Part shown: positions 29,765 to 39,364 of the stretch, piece by piece
Layout: every line of letters starts with the position of its first letter
Numbering within the stretch: the stretch's first letter is position 1
NCBI GenBank assembly: GCA_963720755.1
Contig: CAVRGP010000015.1
Location: 448,001-512,000 of the forward strand
DNA: 64,000 bases
Origin: an uncultured Chloroflexia bacterium
GTDB lineage: Bacteria > Chloroflexota > Limnocylindria > Limnocylindrales > CSP1-4
Direction of reading: 5' to 3'
Position numbers and translations under genes: made by a program
Notes under the pieces: model-generated
The model's input: the letters and a program-made list of their open reading frames with translations, nothing else
Database searches by the model: none
What the model was told of the DNA's origin: nothing

Positions 29765-29837
29765 CGATGACCGGCGAACGGCGCTCTGCGGACGTTCGAT
29801 GCCATGAACATGCGCGCCTTGCTTGGAGATCAGGGCG

Positions 29838-30626
29838 TCAGGGCGATGGCGGTCCGATCTGCTGCTGGAGGTCGATCAACGGCTGCTGGTTCACCTGGAG
29901 GAAGCCATCGCGCGGCCGGTCCAGATCGACGACGAGGGCAATGACCGCGCCGAGTACGACGATCATCACGACCGCGGTGACCGGGCTGCGCCGACGGGTC
30001 AGCCCCGCGCTGTATCCGAGCATGCCCAGGGTCAGCGCCGAGCCGACCACGAGCAGGACCATGATCGTTGCTGGGACGCGTGCGTACAGGCCGGCCGTGA
30101 TCCGAGTTTCGTTGAAGTCGATGGTGTCGTTGAGGGACTCGATATAGATCGACAGGACGTCCGAATCGGGCGTGGACTTGGCCAAACCTTCAGCCGTTGC
30201 CCACAGGACGTTCTGGATCTCGACCGACCGGGCGATCCGCTTCTTGGTGTCGGCGAGGTCGTTGGTGGTCGTGCGGAGGGAGGCGTACTCGCGGAGCAGT
30301 TCCTGGCTCTGGCTTGCGGCAGGCTCCGGCAGGTATCCGGCCCGTAGGTACGTGGTGCCGATGGAGTTCGCCTCGCCGAGGACGAGCCCGCGTCGCGTGT
30401 CGAAGCGGTCGGCTGCCATCCCCATCGTGATCGCCAGCAGGAACGCCATGAGAGCAAACAGGGAACCGACCAGCATCCCGGTGGGCCCTTCTGTTTCGTC
30501 TGGCGTCCGCTCTTGCCACCAACGTCCCACGCGGAAGCCGATCTCGTAGGTGGCGAGTGCGACGATGGCGAACGCGAAGAACACACCGACGATCGGGAGC
30601 GAATCGAGAACGTCCTGGAAATTCAT
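29838..30626 (-). CDS. DUF4239/bestrophin-like membrane protein
   Basis: AAGGAG RBS; L.AFLLAIT...RFDTRR...EANSIGTTYLRA; DLDRPR.G. Confidence 0.75.
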   Translation of the reverse strand: MNFQDVLDSLPIVGVFFAFAIVALATYEIGFRVGRWWQERTPDETEGPTGMLVGSLFALMAFLLAITMGMAADRFDTRRGLVLGEANSIGTTYLRAGYLPEPAASQSQELLREYASLRTTTNDLADTKKRIARSVEIQNVLWATAEGLAKSTPDSDVLSIYIESLNDTIDFNETRITAGLYARVPATIMVLLVVGSALTLGMLGYSAGLTRRRSPVTAVVMIVVLGAVIALVVDLDRPRDGFLQVNQQPLIDLQQQIGPPSP

Positions 30627-30844
30627 GCCTCTCCTTCGACCGATCCCGCCACCCGGCTGGATGCGTCGCCGCATAGTAGCGATTGGGCGGAGGGGCCATC
30701 GCTCGTCCCTGCCGACCCGTCAGCCGACCCGAAGACTGCGATGTGAGGGCATGCAGAAGCAGCGATCGGCAACGCCCGCCCGGGAACGCCACACGAGAGG
30801 TGCGATGCGTGGCAATTGCGTCCGCCTCGATGTACGGTTTCAGG

Positions 30845-31285
30845 GTGGCAAGGGTCGTCAACAGCATCGTCATCAGGCGTCCCATCGAAGATGTCTTCCA
30901 GGCACTGACCGATGTGGAGAAGACGTCGATCTGGTTCCCTGCAGATGTTCAGGAGCGGTGGACGTCCCCACCACCACACGGGGTCGGTTCCACGCGACAT
31001 GCTGTCGTGAGCGTGTTCGGAAGGCAGGTCGAGAACGACGCGGTCGCCACCGAGTATGAGCCGCCAAATCGGGCGGTCATGCAGGGGACATCACCGAATG
31101 CCCCGTTCATCACGGCGCTGACATTCCGACGCGAAGACGGCGGCACGCGAGTCCGCGTTGACACGACTCTGATGTTGCGGGGCGCTCAACGGATCGTCGG
31201 ACCGCCCATGGCGTGGTGGTATCGCCGTGCGTGGAGCCGTGGGCTCGAACGCCTCAAGCAGCTGATGGAATTGGGCGAACTCTAG
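30845..31285 (+). CDS. SRPBCC family protein
   Basis: SIVIRRPIEDVF..L.D...W, EYEPP, LERLKQLME. Confidence 0.8.
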   Translation: MARVVNSIVIRRPIEDVFQALTDVEKTSIWFPADVQERWTSPPPHGVGSTRHAVVSVFGRQVENDAVATEYEPPNRAVMQGTSPNAPFITALTFRREDGGTRVRVDTTLMLRGAQRIVGPPMAWWYRRAWSRGLERLKQLMELGEL

Positions 31286-31315
31286 CCCGGCCACGCGCGG
31301 AAGGCGGACGTCCCT

Positions 31316-31370
31316 TCGGCGCGGCCAGTGGACCGTCGGCGCGGCCAGCGAACCGTCGGCGCGGCCAGCA
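31316..31370 (+). repeat. 20-bp tandem repeat x~2.7
   Basis: TCGGCGCGGCCAG(T/C)G(G/A)ACCG units. Confidence 0.75.
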
Positions 31371-31525
31371 ATTCCTTGCCATACAAGACCCCGGATCATC
31401 CAATGCGAGGATCGATGCCGGACGGACGGCCATGTCAGCCGAAATCGAGTCCGCCCGTGCCCATCCGAGGACGCCGATGCAGCCCGTCACGGCCCCGGAT
31501 CCGCCGAGCACGAACCACGCCACTA

Positions 31526-31628
31526 GGTGGCAGGAAACGGGTGGGTGGCACGAAACGGGTGGGTGGCACGAAACGGGTGGGTGGCACGAAACGGGTAGGT
31601 GGCACGAAACGGGTAGGTGGCACGAAAC
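31526..31628 (+). repeat. 18-bp tandem repeat x~5.7 (VNTR)
   Basis: GGTGGCACGAAACGGGT(G/A) units at 31526, 31544, 31562, 31580, 31598, 31616. Confidence 0.95.
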
Positions 31629-31682
31629 AGTACGTATCCAGTCGCGCTCGGCCGCCTGACGCCGACCCCTCAGGTCGTGTGG

Positions 31683-34427
31683 TCAGCTCGGCTGCGACGC
31701 CGCTTCCACGATGGCCGCCATCGTGAGCGCATGCCCCTCAGCGTGCAGGCGCGTGTAGTCGGCCTCACCGATGGTCGCCCGCAGGTCCGTCACGATCCGT
31801 TGCCGGCCGGCAGGATCCCAACCCACCATCCGAGCCTCAGCCCGGAGCCGGTCCGCCATGCCGAAGTAGCGAGCAGCCCGGTCGGGCCTCGAGGATGCGG
31901 ACATAGCCGCGAGCTCGTCGACGGCGTCGACGACGCCGATCCTGAAGCCGATCCGACCAGCAACGGTAACGGCCGTCGATGCGTGGGTCATGGCACCCTC
32001 GGGGTCGCCCATCGCCCGCCGGACCCTTGCCCGCAGGACCTCCGACTGGACGACCCAGTCAGGCGGGATGTCTCGACCTGACTCGGCCGCGTCCAGCTCC
32101 GACAGCCAGGCGACTGCCTCGGTCGGTCGCCCCTCGAGGAGTGCGATCTCCACGCCGACGGCAAGGGGATGGACGCGATTCCTCGGATCCTCCTCGGGTC
32201 GTGCGTCGATGATCGCCATCGACTCGGCAAAGCAGTCCCGAGCCTCCGTGAATCGACCGACCGACGCGTAGACGGAGGCGAGATCGTCGAGGACGACTGA
32301 CACCCCGATGTCATCCCCAAGGCGACGGTCGATCGCGATCGCCTCCAGCTTGAGTGCAGCGGACCGTCGATGGTCCCCACAGACGCGCGGGAATTCGCTG
32401 AGGACCGCGAGGATCTGACTCCGCGTTCTCGGATCCGATCCCGCCTTCGATCGAAGTACCGCCTCGCCCCATCGTTCTCCCACATCCGGTGACCCGATCA
32501 GCAGCCAATACATCTCGACCGCCCGGAACAGGGAGATCAGGCCATGCTCGGCGCCGCGCTCGACCGCCCAATCGAACGCGAGACGGAGGTTCTCTCGTTC
32601 CGCATCGCACATCGCGAGCCATGCGCTGCCACGAGTGCGCCTCCCGTCGGGAGTCTTCTCGCGCGCGTCCAAGGCGACGAAGGTGAAGTGGGTCAGGTGG
32701 CGGTCGCGCGTCGCGGTCGCATCCGGGTCGCTTTCGAGCGCCTCGCTCGCGAACTCCCGGATCGTCTCGAGCATCGCATACCGGTCGCCGACCTGATGCA
32801 CGAGGCTCTGTTCGACCAATTCAGCGAAGACATCGATGTCGCAGGCAGCGACGGCGGTCGCCGCGGCAAGGTCGAATCCACCTGCCAGCGTGGACAGCCG
32901 TCGGAAGGCTCCCTGCGCAGCCGGAGTCAGCAGCTCGTAGCTCCACGCGATGGTTTCTCGAAGGGTGCGGTGTCGATCAGGCGAGTCCCGCATGCCAGCA
33001 CCCAGGATGGACAGGCGGTCCGACAAGCGGTCGCGAAGGACCTGCGGCGCGAGCACGCCGAGCCGCGCAGCGGCAAGCTCGATCGCGAGCGGTAGGCCGT
33101 CCAGGCGCCCGACGATGTCATCCACCAGGGGCGGGGTGAGTGCCGCTGATCCCAGGGCCCGCTCGGCGCGCTGCTCGAATAGGCCCACGGCATCGGCGTC
33201 GGTGAGAGGCGGGACCTCCAGCCGCTGCTCGCCGCGGATTCGCAGTGGCGCTCGGCTCGTGATGACGAGCTTCATCGACGGGCAGTGGTCGAGCAGGCTG
33301 GCCACGTCACCGGCGGCCCCGATCACCTGTTCGAAGTTGTCGAGAACGAGCAGCATCCGTCGGTTCCCGATCACCTGTGCCGGGCGGTCACCACCGCCAG
33401 TGACCGCCCCGATCCGTTCGAGGACGCGTGCGGGATCGCGGACCGGGGCGAGGTCGACGAACAGGACTCCGTCAGGGTAGTCCTGGAGGACCGCATGGGC
33501 GATCACGATCGCGAGGCGTGTCTTGCCGACGCCACCGGATCCGGTGAGCGTCAGCAGCCGACGGGTCTGGAGGAACGAGACCGCTTGTGCGAGTTCTTCC
33601 TGGCGTCCGACCAGCGAGGTCCGGGCGACGGGCAGCCGTACGGACGGCTGGATCGACCCACTCCGTGGACCAGCCAGCGTACGATCCTGGCGCAGGATGC
33701 GGATCTCGAGCTCCTGGAGGTCGGGCGATGGATCCACACCGAGCTCCTCGACCATGGTGGCGCGCAATCGCCGGAAAGCAGCGAGCGCATCGGCCTGTCG
33801 CCCGGACCGGTAGAGCGCGAGCATCAGCTGTCGCCAGAAGTTCTCGCGGAGCGGATGGTGGGCGACGATGGCTTCGAGCTCGGCGCACAGGGTCCCATGC
33901 CGACCGAGCTCGAGATCCGCCTCGATCTGATCCTGGAGCGCGCCGAGTCGGAGTTCCTCGAGACGCGCCACTTCCGTGGACGCTGCGTCGCCCGCCACGA
34001 TGGGGCCGTCGCCGGCGTCCGAGAACGGTGCCCCGCGCCACAGAGAGAGCGTGGACCGGAGCGCCTCGGCCGCCTCGCTCCACCGGCGGGTCTCGATCGC
34101 GGCGCGCCCTGCCGCCAGGCGTCGTTCGAACACGTCGATGTCGAGTTCGCCTGGATCCAGCGGGAGGGCGTAGCCGGCTGGAACGGTGATGATCCGGTCA
34201 GGGCCGATCTCGGTCCGCAGCCGAGCCACATGTGCATGGAGGGAACCGTGAGCGGTGGGAGGTGGCATGTCTCCCCACAGCGCTTCGGTCAGCTGTTCGA
34301 TGGACGCGGGCCGACCTCGCTTCAGAAGCAATGCGGTCAGGAGGGCACGTCGCTTTGGCGCGGCGACGTTGATCGAGCGTCCGTCGTCCGCCTGGACCTC
34401 CAGCGTTCCGAGAACGGCGAAGTACAA
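31683..34427 (-). CDS. AfsR/SARP family regulator (wHTH-BTAD-NB-ARC-TPR)
   Basis: VLGTLEV, ALWG..PP, LWRG, HPLRE..W.QLMLALYRSGRQADAL, GSGGVGKT, LVLDNFE, GLPLAIELAA; GGAG-TTG start. Confidence 0.92.
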   Translation of the reverse strand: MYFAVLGTLEVQADDGRSINVAAPKRRALLTALLLKRGRPASIEQLTEALWGDMPPPTAHGSLHAHVARLRTEIGPDRIITVPAGYALPLDPGELDIDVFERRLAAGRAAIETRRWSEAAEALRSTLSLWRGAPFSDAGDGPIVAGDAASTEVARLEELRLGALQDQIEADLELGRHGTLCAELEAIVAHHPLRENFWRQLMLALYRSGRQADALAAFRRLRATMVEELGVDPSPDLQELEIRILRQDRTLAGPRSGSIQPSVRLPVARTSLVGRQEELAQAVSFLQTRRLLTLTGSGGVGKTRLAIVIAHAVLQDYPDGVLFVDLAPVRDPARVLERIGAVTGGGDRPAQVIGNRRMLLVLDNFEQVIGAAGDVASLLDHCPSMKLVITSRAPLRIRGEQRLEVPPLTDADAVGLFEQRAERALGSAALTPPLVDDIVGRLDGLPLAIELAAARLGVLAPQVLRDRLSDRLSILGAGMRDSPDRHRTLRETIAWSYELLTPAAQGAFRRLSTLAGGFDLAAATAVAACDIDVFAELVEQSLVHQVGDRYAMLETIREFASEALESDPDATATRDRHLTHFTFVALDAREKTPDGRRTRGSAWLAMCDAERENLRLAFDWAVERGAEHGLISLFRAVEMYWLLIGSPDVGERWGEAVLRSKAGSDPRTRSQILAVLSEFPRVCGDHRRSAALKLEAIAIDRRLGDDIGVSVVLDDLASVYASVGRFTEARDCFAESMAIIDARPEEDPRNRVHPLAVGVEIALLEGRPTEAVAWLSELDAAESGRDIPPDWVVQSEVLRARVRRAMGDPEGAMTHASTAVTVAGRIGFRIGVVDAVDELAAMSASSRPDRAARYFGMADRLRAEARMVGWDPAGRQRIVTDLRATIGEADYTRLHAEGHALTMAAIVEAASQPS

Positions 34428-34488
34428 CGGCGACTCCGCGAGGCGGCGATGAGAGGACCCGCAGTATCCGCCTTTGGAAGTCGCCCCT

Positions 34489-34515
34489 GCAAGCGAGCGG
34501 CAAGCCTGCGGCAAG
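34489..34515. promoter_or_regulatory. 11-bp-spaced direct repeats, putative SARP operator
   Basis: GCAAG at 34489, 34500 and 34511 between divergent genes. Confidence 0.5.
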
Positions 34516-34611
34516 GTCAGCCGGGCAGTCTGTGGAGAACGTCGGGCGCAGCGGGTCGGGCCCGCTGTCGGGGAGCGACCCGCCACGCGTCGTGCAGAGG
34601 GAGGTGCGGTG

Positions 34612-35157
34612 ATGGGATTCGTTCAGGTTGGCGGGACGCGTTCGCGCCGAGGCAGGGGTCGGGCTCGGGTGCTGGCCCTCGTACTTTCGTTGGTCGCGGT
34701 ATTCGCCACCACCGGTCAAACGCTAGCTTCGGACCACCACCGAGGCCCCGACCACCGAGTCCCGGTCGATGTCTACGTGGTCGGCTGCGACAAGGAAGTC
34801 GGTGGCGGGACCGGCATGGCCGAGGTCCCCAGCGGGACCAGGTTCAACATCACCTGGGATTGGCAGACGTACAGCTGGTGGCAGGAGGCGGTGTTCCTCT
34901 TCAGCGTGGATGTCGACGCGGCGATCGATGGGATGGCGATCGCCCATCCGTCGCGGTACTGGACGCGGCCGTTCTACCTTGCTGGTGAGGACTGGCCGTG
35001 GCGGATGTTCTGGAAGTACCCATCACGAGCGTTGAAGGCCGGACAGTCGATCACGTTCACGGTCACGCCGACGCTCCAATTCCCGGTGTTCGACGGAACG
35101 GATTGGTATCCGCGTGGGTCGATCGGCACGCTGAGCTGCAAGATCACCGGAGTCTGA
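34612..35157 (+). CDS. Hypothetical secreted aromatic-rich beta protein
   Basis: GGAGG RBS; basic n-region, hydrophobic h-region, TLA cleavage site; two Cys. Confidence 0.65.
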   Translation: MGFVQVGGTRSRRGRGRARVLALVLSLVAVFATTGQTLASDHHRGPDHRVPVDVYVVGCDKEVGGGTGMAEVPSGTRFNITWDWQTYSWWQEAVFLFSVDVDAAIDGMAIAHPSRYWTRPFYLAGEDWPWRMFWKYPSRALKAGQSITFTVTPTLQFPVFDGTDWYPRGSIGTLSCKITGV

Positions 35158-35188
35158 TCAGACGGGAATTTCTCTATCTGGGGGGGCC

Positions 35189-35216
35189 ACGGGCCTCCGC
35201 TCCGGCGGGGGTCCGT
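35189..35216. terminator. Hairpin between convergent genes
   Basis: ACGGGCCTCCGC-TCCG-GCGGGGGTCCGT. Confidence 0.5.
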
Positions 35217-35218
35217 CG

Positions 35219-37558
35219 TCAGTCGACGTAGTCGGCGAGGTGCTGCCCGGTCAATGTGGCGCGTGACGCGACAAGGTCCGCCGGCAGGCCGGCGAAGACG
35301 ACGCGCCCGCCGTCGTGACCGGCGCCGGGTCCGAGGTCGATGATCCAGTCCGCGTGCGAGATCACCGCGAGGTGGTGCTCGATGACGATCACCGACTTGC
35401 CCGCGTCCACGAGCTGGTCGAGCAGCTGGAGCAGATGCTCGATGTCCGCAAGGTGGAGACCCGAGGTCGGTTCGTCGAGCACGTAGATACCGCCGTCCGT
35501 CGCCATCTGGATCGCCAGCCTGAGTCGCTGCCGCTCGCCGCCGGAGAGCGTCGTGAGGGGTTGACCCAGGCGCAGGTATCCAAGCCCCACGTCTGTCATC
35601 CGGGACAGAATCGAGCGGGCTGCCGGGACCTTCGCCTCACCACCGCTGAAGAAGTCGAGGGTCTCCGCCACCGACATCGCCAGCACCTCGCTGATGTCGC
35701 GCCCGGCCAGCTTGTACTCCAACACGGTCGCGTCGAACCGCTTGCCTTCGCACTCCTCGCAGACGGTCGTGACCTCGGCCATGACGCCCAGCGATGTGAC
35801 GATGACGCCGTTGCCATTGCAGCCCTGGCAGGCACCCTCGGAGTTCGCGCTGAACAGTGCGGGCTTGACGCCGTTGGCCTTGGCGAAGGCCGAGCGGATC
35901 GGGTCCAGAACGCCGGTATACGTCGCTGGGTTACTCCGCGACGAACCTTTGATCGGACCCTGGTCGATCGAGACGACGCCACCGTCCTTCGGCAGCGATC
36001 CGTGGATCAGCGAGCTCTTGCCAGAGCCCGCGACACCCGTCACGACACACAGCACACCCAGGGGGATGTCCACGTCGACGTGCTGCAGGTTGTTCCGTGT
36101 CGCATCGCGGATCTCGAGCATGCCCGCGGCGGCGCGTGTCGTCGACTTGAGGCTGGCCCTGTATGCGAGATGGCGTCCGGTGAGCGTGTCACTGGTCCGC
36201 AGATCGTCGACCGTGCCCTCGAAGCACACCGAGCCGCCCTCGGGTCCGGCACCTGGGCCGAGATCGACCACGTGGTCGGCGATCGCGATGACGTCCGGCT
36301 TGTGCTCGACGACCAGGACCGTGTTGCCCTTGTCGCGCAGCCGGAGCAATAGCCGGTTCATCCGTTCGATGTCGTGCGGATGCAGGCCGACCGTCGGTTC
36401 GTCGAAGATGTAGGAGACATCGGTGAGGCTCGAACCCAGGTGGCGGATCATCTTCGTGCGTTGCGCCTCACCGCCCGACAGGGTGGCCGAGGCACGGTCA
36501 AGCGAGAGATACCCGAGTCCGATCTCCACGAACGAGTCGAGGGTCTGCTCCAGCGTTGCCAGCAACGGCGCCACCGACGGGGCATCAAGGCCGCGGACCC
36601 ATTCGGCGAGATCCGTGATCTGCATGGCACAGGCGTCGGCGATGCTGATCCCGTCGATCTTCGACGAGCGCGCTCCCTCGTTGAGCCGGGTACCGCCGCA
36701 GTCGGGGCAGGCGCTGAAGGTCACCGCCCGCTCGACGAAGGCGCGGATATGCGGTTGCATCGCCTCGACGTCCTTAGCCAGGAACGACTGCCGGATCCGC
36801 AGCACCAACCCTTCGTAGGTCATGTTGATGCCTTCGATCTTCATCCTGACCGGCTCGTGGAACAGGAAGTCCCGGCGCTCCTGCTCGGAGTAGTCGCGGA
36901 TCGGTTTGGACGGGTCGACGAAGCCGGACGACGCGTACAGGCGGTAGTTCCAGCCGCCCGCGTTGTAGCCCGGGATCGTGAGTGCGCCCTCGGCCAATGA
37001 CTTCGACTCGTCGAAGAGCTGGCTGAGGTCCATGTCGCTGGCCGTTCCCACGCCCTCGCACCGCGGACACATGCCGCCGATGACGGTGAATGTCTTTTGA
37101 ACGGCCTTCTTGTCGCCGACGCTGATCGCTCCTGAACCCCGGACGGACGGGATGTTGAAGGAGAACGCCTTGGGCGTGCCGATGTGCGGGTCGCCGAGCC
37201 GGCTGAACACGATCCGCAAGAGCGCGTTGGCGTCGGTGGCAGTGCCAACGGTTGAACGAACGTTGGCGCCCATCCGTTCCTGGTCGACGATGATCGCCGT
37301 GGTCAGGCCTTCCAGCAGGTCGACGTCCGGGCGCGACTGGTTCGGCATCAGGCCCTGCAGAAAGGCACTGTAGGTCTCGTTGATGAGCCGCTGCGACTCC
37401 GCGGCGATCGTGGCGAAGACGAGCGAGCTTTTGCCGGAGCCCGAGATCCCGGTGAACACGGTCAACCGCCGCTTTGGGATCTCGACACTGACATCCTTGA
37501 GGTTGTTCTCCCGGGCGCCCTGCACCCGGATCAGATCGTGGCTGTCGGCGATTCGCAT
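35219..37558 (-). CDS. UvrA-like ABC ATPase (class II / DrrC-like)
   Basis: GARENNLK, GISGSGKSS, LSGGEAQR, second NBD GVAGSGKSS/LSGGERQR, CxxC pairs; 779 aa, shorter than canonical UvrA. Confidence 0.9.
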   Translation of the reverse strand: MRIADSHDLIRVQGARENNLKDVSVEIPKRRLTVFTGISGSGKSSLVFATIAAESQRLINETYSAFLQGLMPNQSRPDVDLLEGLTTAIIVDQERMGANVRSTVGTATDANALLRIVFSRLGDPHIGTPKAFSFNIPSVRGSGAISVGDKKAVQKTFTVIGGMCPRCEGVGTASDMDLSQLFDESKSLAEGALTIPGYNAGGWNYRLYASSGFVDPSKPIRDYSEQERRDFLFHEPVRMKIEGINMTYEGLVLRIRQSFLAKDVEAMQPHIRAFVERAVTFSACPDCGGTRLNEGARSSKIDGISIADACAMQITDLAEWVRGLDAPSVAPLLATLEQTLDSFVEIGLGYLSLDRASATLSGGEAQRTKMIRHLGSSLTDVSYIFDEPTVGLHPHDIERMNRLLLRLRDKGNTVLVVEHKPDVIAIADHVVDLGPGAGPEGGSVCFEGTVDDLRTSDTLTGRHLAYRASLKSTTRAAAGMLEIRDATRNNLQHVDVDIPLGVLCVVTGVAGSGKSSLIHGSLPKDGGVVSIDQGPIKGSSRSNPATYTGVLDPIRSAFAKANGVKPALFSANSEGACQGCNGNGVIVTSLGVMAEVTTVCEECEGKRFDATVLEYKLAGRDISEVLAMSVAETLDFFSGGEAKVPAARSILSRMTDVGLGYLRLGQPLTTLSGGERQRLRLAIQMATDGGIYVLDEPTSGLHLADIEHLLQLLDQLVDAGKSVIVIEHHLAVISHADWIIDLGPGAGHDGGRVVFAGLPADLVASRATLTGQHLADYVD

Positions 37559-37613
37559 CCGGCCACCATACCAGCGAGGCTGGCTGTATCTTCGTCGCGG
37601 GAGGGATCGGGAT

Positions 37614-38099
37614 ATGGATCAGGGGATCCTCGCGACGGCGATGTTCATCGACCAGCTCACGGCGTCGGTACCCCGGATCGAGGCCGCCGCCGCCAGGCTC
37701 ACCCCCGCCGAACTTCGTGCCGCTCCGGCGTCGGGGGAGTGGTCGGTGACCCAGATCCTTGCACATCTGCGTTCCTGCGCCGATGTGTGGGGCGGCTGCA
37801 TCGCACGGATCCTCAGCGAGGATCGACCGACCATCCGGGCGGTGAATCCCAGAACGTGGATCCGGAGCACGGACTACCGCGAACTGCCCTTCGAGTCGTC
37901 ATTCGAGGTGTTCGCGTCCCAGCGCGTCGACCTGCTTGCTACGCTCCAACGGACCGCACCGGATGCGTGGTCGCGGCTCGCCCTGGTCACCGGCGCGGGT
38001 GCCGATCGCGAGCAAGACATCCATGGCTACGTTCGCCGGATGACCCTCCACGAAGGGTCGCACGTGAAGCAGATCGAGCGGATCGCCGCAGGCGGTTGA
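37614..38099 (+). CDS. DinB family protein
   Basis: GEWSV..ILAHL...H...H..QI. Confidence 0.8.
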   Translation: MDQGILATAMFIDQLTASVPRIEAAAARLTPAELRAAPASGEWSVTQILAHLRSCADVWGGCIARILSEDRPTIRAVNPRTWIRSTDYRELPFESSFEVFASQRVDLLATLQRTAPDAWSRLALVTGAGADREQDIHGYVRRMTLHEGSHVKQIERIAAGG

Positions 38100-38118
38100 T
38101 GGTGGATCGGGCTGGCGG

Positions 38119-38874
38119 TCACCAGTGGCGGTTCGGGTTGGTCCAATACTGGCTGGCGGGGTCGTCGACGGTCTCGATCAGGTTCTGCACGTAGCTGGCG
38201 AACGAGCCAGGGGTATCGATCTTCTTGAGGGCCTTCTCCTGGACGCTCAGGCAGGCAAGTTCGGCATCACGACCGCTCGGCGACAGACCCGCGACGAAGC
38301 GCGCCCGATGACACCCGTCATGGACGATCGTGCCGGCCAGCCAGATCGCCTGACGATCCTTGCCATAGCCAGGTGCGTACGCCGTCTCCTGCCCGACGCG
38401 ATAGATGCCGGTGTCGTAGCACATCCCTGAGAAGGACTCGACCTGCCAGATCAGGACGACATTCGCGAGCACCTCCGCGTACTGGTCGGGCGCGCCCGAC
38501 TTCAGGGCGTCGAGCGCGACTCCGACATGGTCCACGAATGCCGGGTCACCGTTGATCTGCATCCCGTCCGCCGTCTTCCCGGTGCTCGGCGGTGGGGTGG
38601 GTGGGCAATGTTCCGGGTTGAGGATGGGGACTCCGGATGGCCATGCGGAAGACGGCGATGCCACGACCGGTGCCGAAGGGGCGGTCGTCACCTGCGGTAC
38701 GGTCGTGGCGACCACTGCGGCCGTGGATCCAGATGCCGAGGCGATGGCGTTCGGCGACGACCCGTCTGTCGAGCCGGACCCAGTGCACGCGGCGAGGATG
38801 ACCGCCAGGAGGGCGACCAACCCCGGCACCCGCGCGACTCCTGGACGAACCCTTAGGGTCCCCGCCCTGGACAT
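38119..38874 (-). CDS. Lipoprotein with zincin-like HDxxH motif
   Basis: ILAAC lipobox; WLAGTIVHDGCH...AELAC. Confidence 0.6.
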   Translation of the reverse strand: MSRAGTLRVRPGVARVPGLVALLAVILAACTGSGSTDGSSPNAIASASGSTAAVVATTVPQVTTAPSAPVVASPSSAWPSGVPILNPEHCPPTPPPSTGKTADGMQINGDPAFVDHVGVALDALKSGAPDQYAEVLANVVLIWQVESFSGMCYDTGIYRVGQETAYAPGYGKDRQAIWLAGTIVHDGCHRARFVAGLSPSGRDAELACLSVQEKALKKIDTPGSFASYVQNLIETVDDPASQYWTNPNRHW

Positions 38875-38943
38875 GGCCGGCATTCTAGCATCCGGGAATC
38901 ACCAGATCAGCGGTCCAGGGCGAGGATGATCCGTCGCGGGTGC

Positions 38944-39132
38944 CTAGAACGGCAGCCCCGCAGCGGCCGCCGGATCCGGGACGATGTCGTACGACGGGCC
39001 GGTCTGCTGGATCCCGAACACCGCGGTCAGAACGACCATCACGACGATGGCCGCCCCGACGATCGCGAGGCTGATCACGAGTTCCCGATGGGATGCGAGC
39101 CGGGAACTGATGGTGGGCTGCTCGAGCGTCAT
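38944..39132 (-). CDS. Small single-TM protein
   Basis: GGAGG RBS; TM helix; YDIVPDPA..GLPF tail. Confidence 0.6.
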   Translation of the reverse strand: MTLEQPTISSRLASHRELVISLAIVGAAIVVMVVLTAVFGIQQTGPSYDIVPDPAAAAGLPF

Positions 39133-39364
39133 GGTGCGCCTCCGACGGGTCGACGAGGAGGATCGGCCAGAGGCTGCGCGTGGCCCGGCGACCCGATCGA
39201 CTCGCGCATCGGCAGACCGCTGGCATCGTTGTCGCTACAGGAAAGATCGTCGGGCTCGCCGGGTGGGCCGGTCAAGAGCCGTCAGACACCATCGAGCGAG
39301 CCATCCAGTCCGAATGATGGCCGGGGGGGCCGGATATGGTCCGGCACGGAGCCGACCGGACGAC

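Noticed and set aside
31526-31628. CRISPR array
   Set aside because: Units are contiguous 18-mers with no unique spacers, and there are no cas genes
31213-31659. ORF with WHETGG repeats as a real protein
   Set aside because: Overlaps the SRPBCC gene, has no RBS, and the repeat is open in several frames because 18 is a multiple of 3
35219-37558. Canonical uvrA
   Set aside because: Too short and lacks the UvrB-binding insertion; fits the class II/DrrC type
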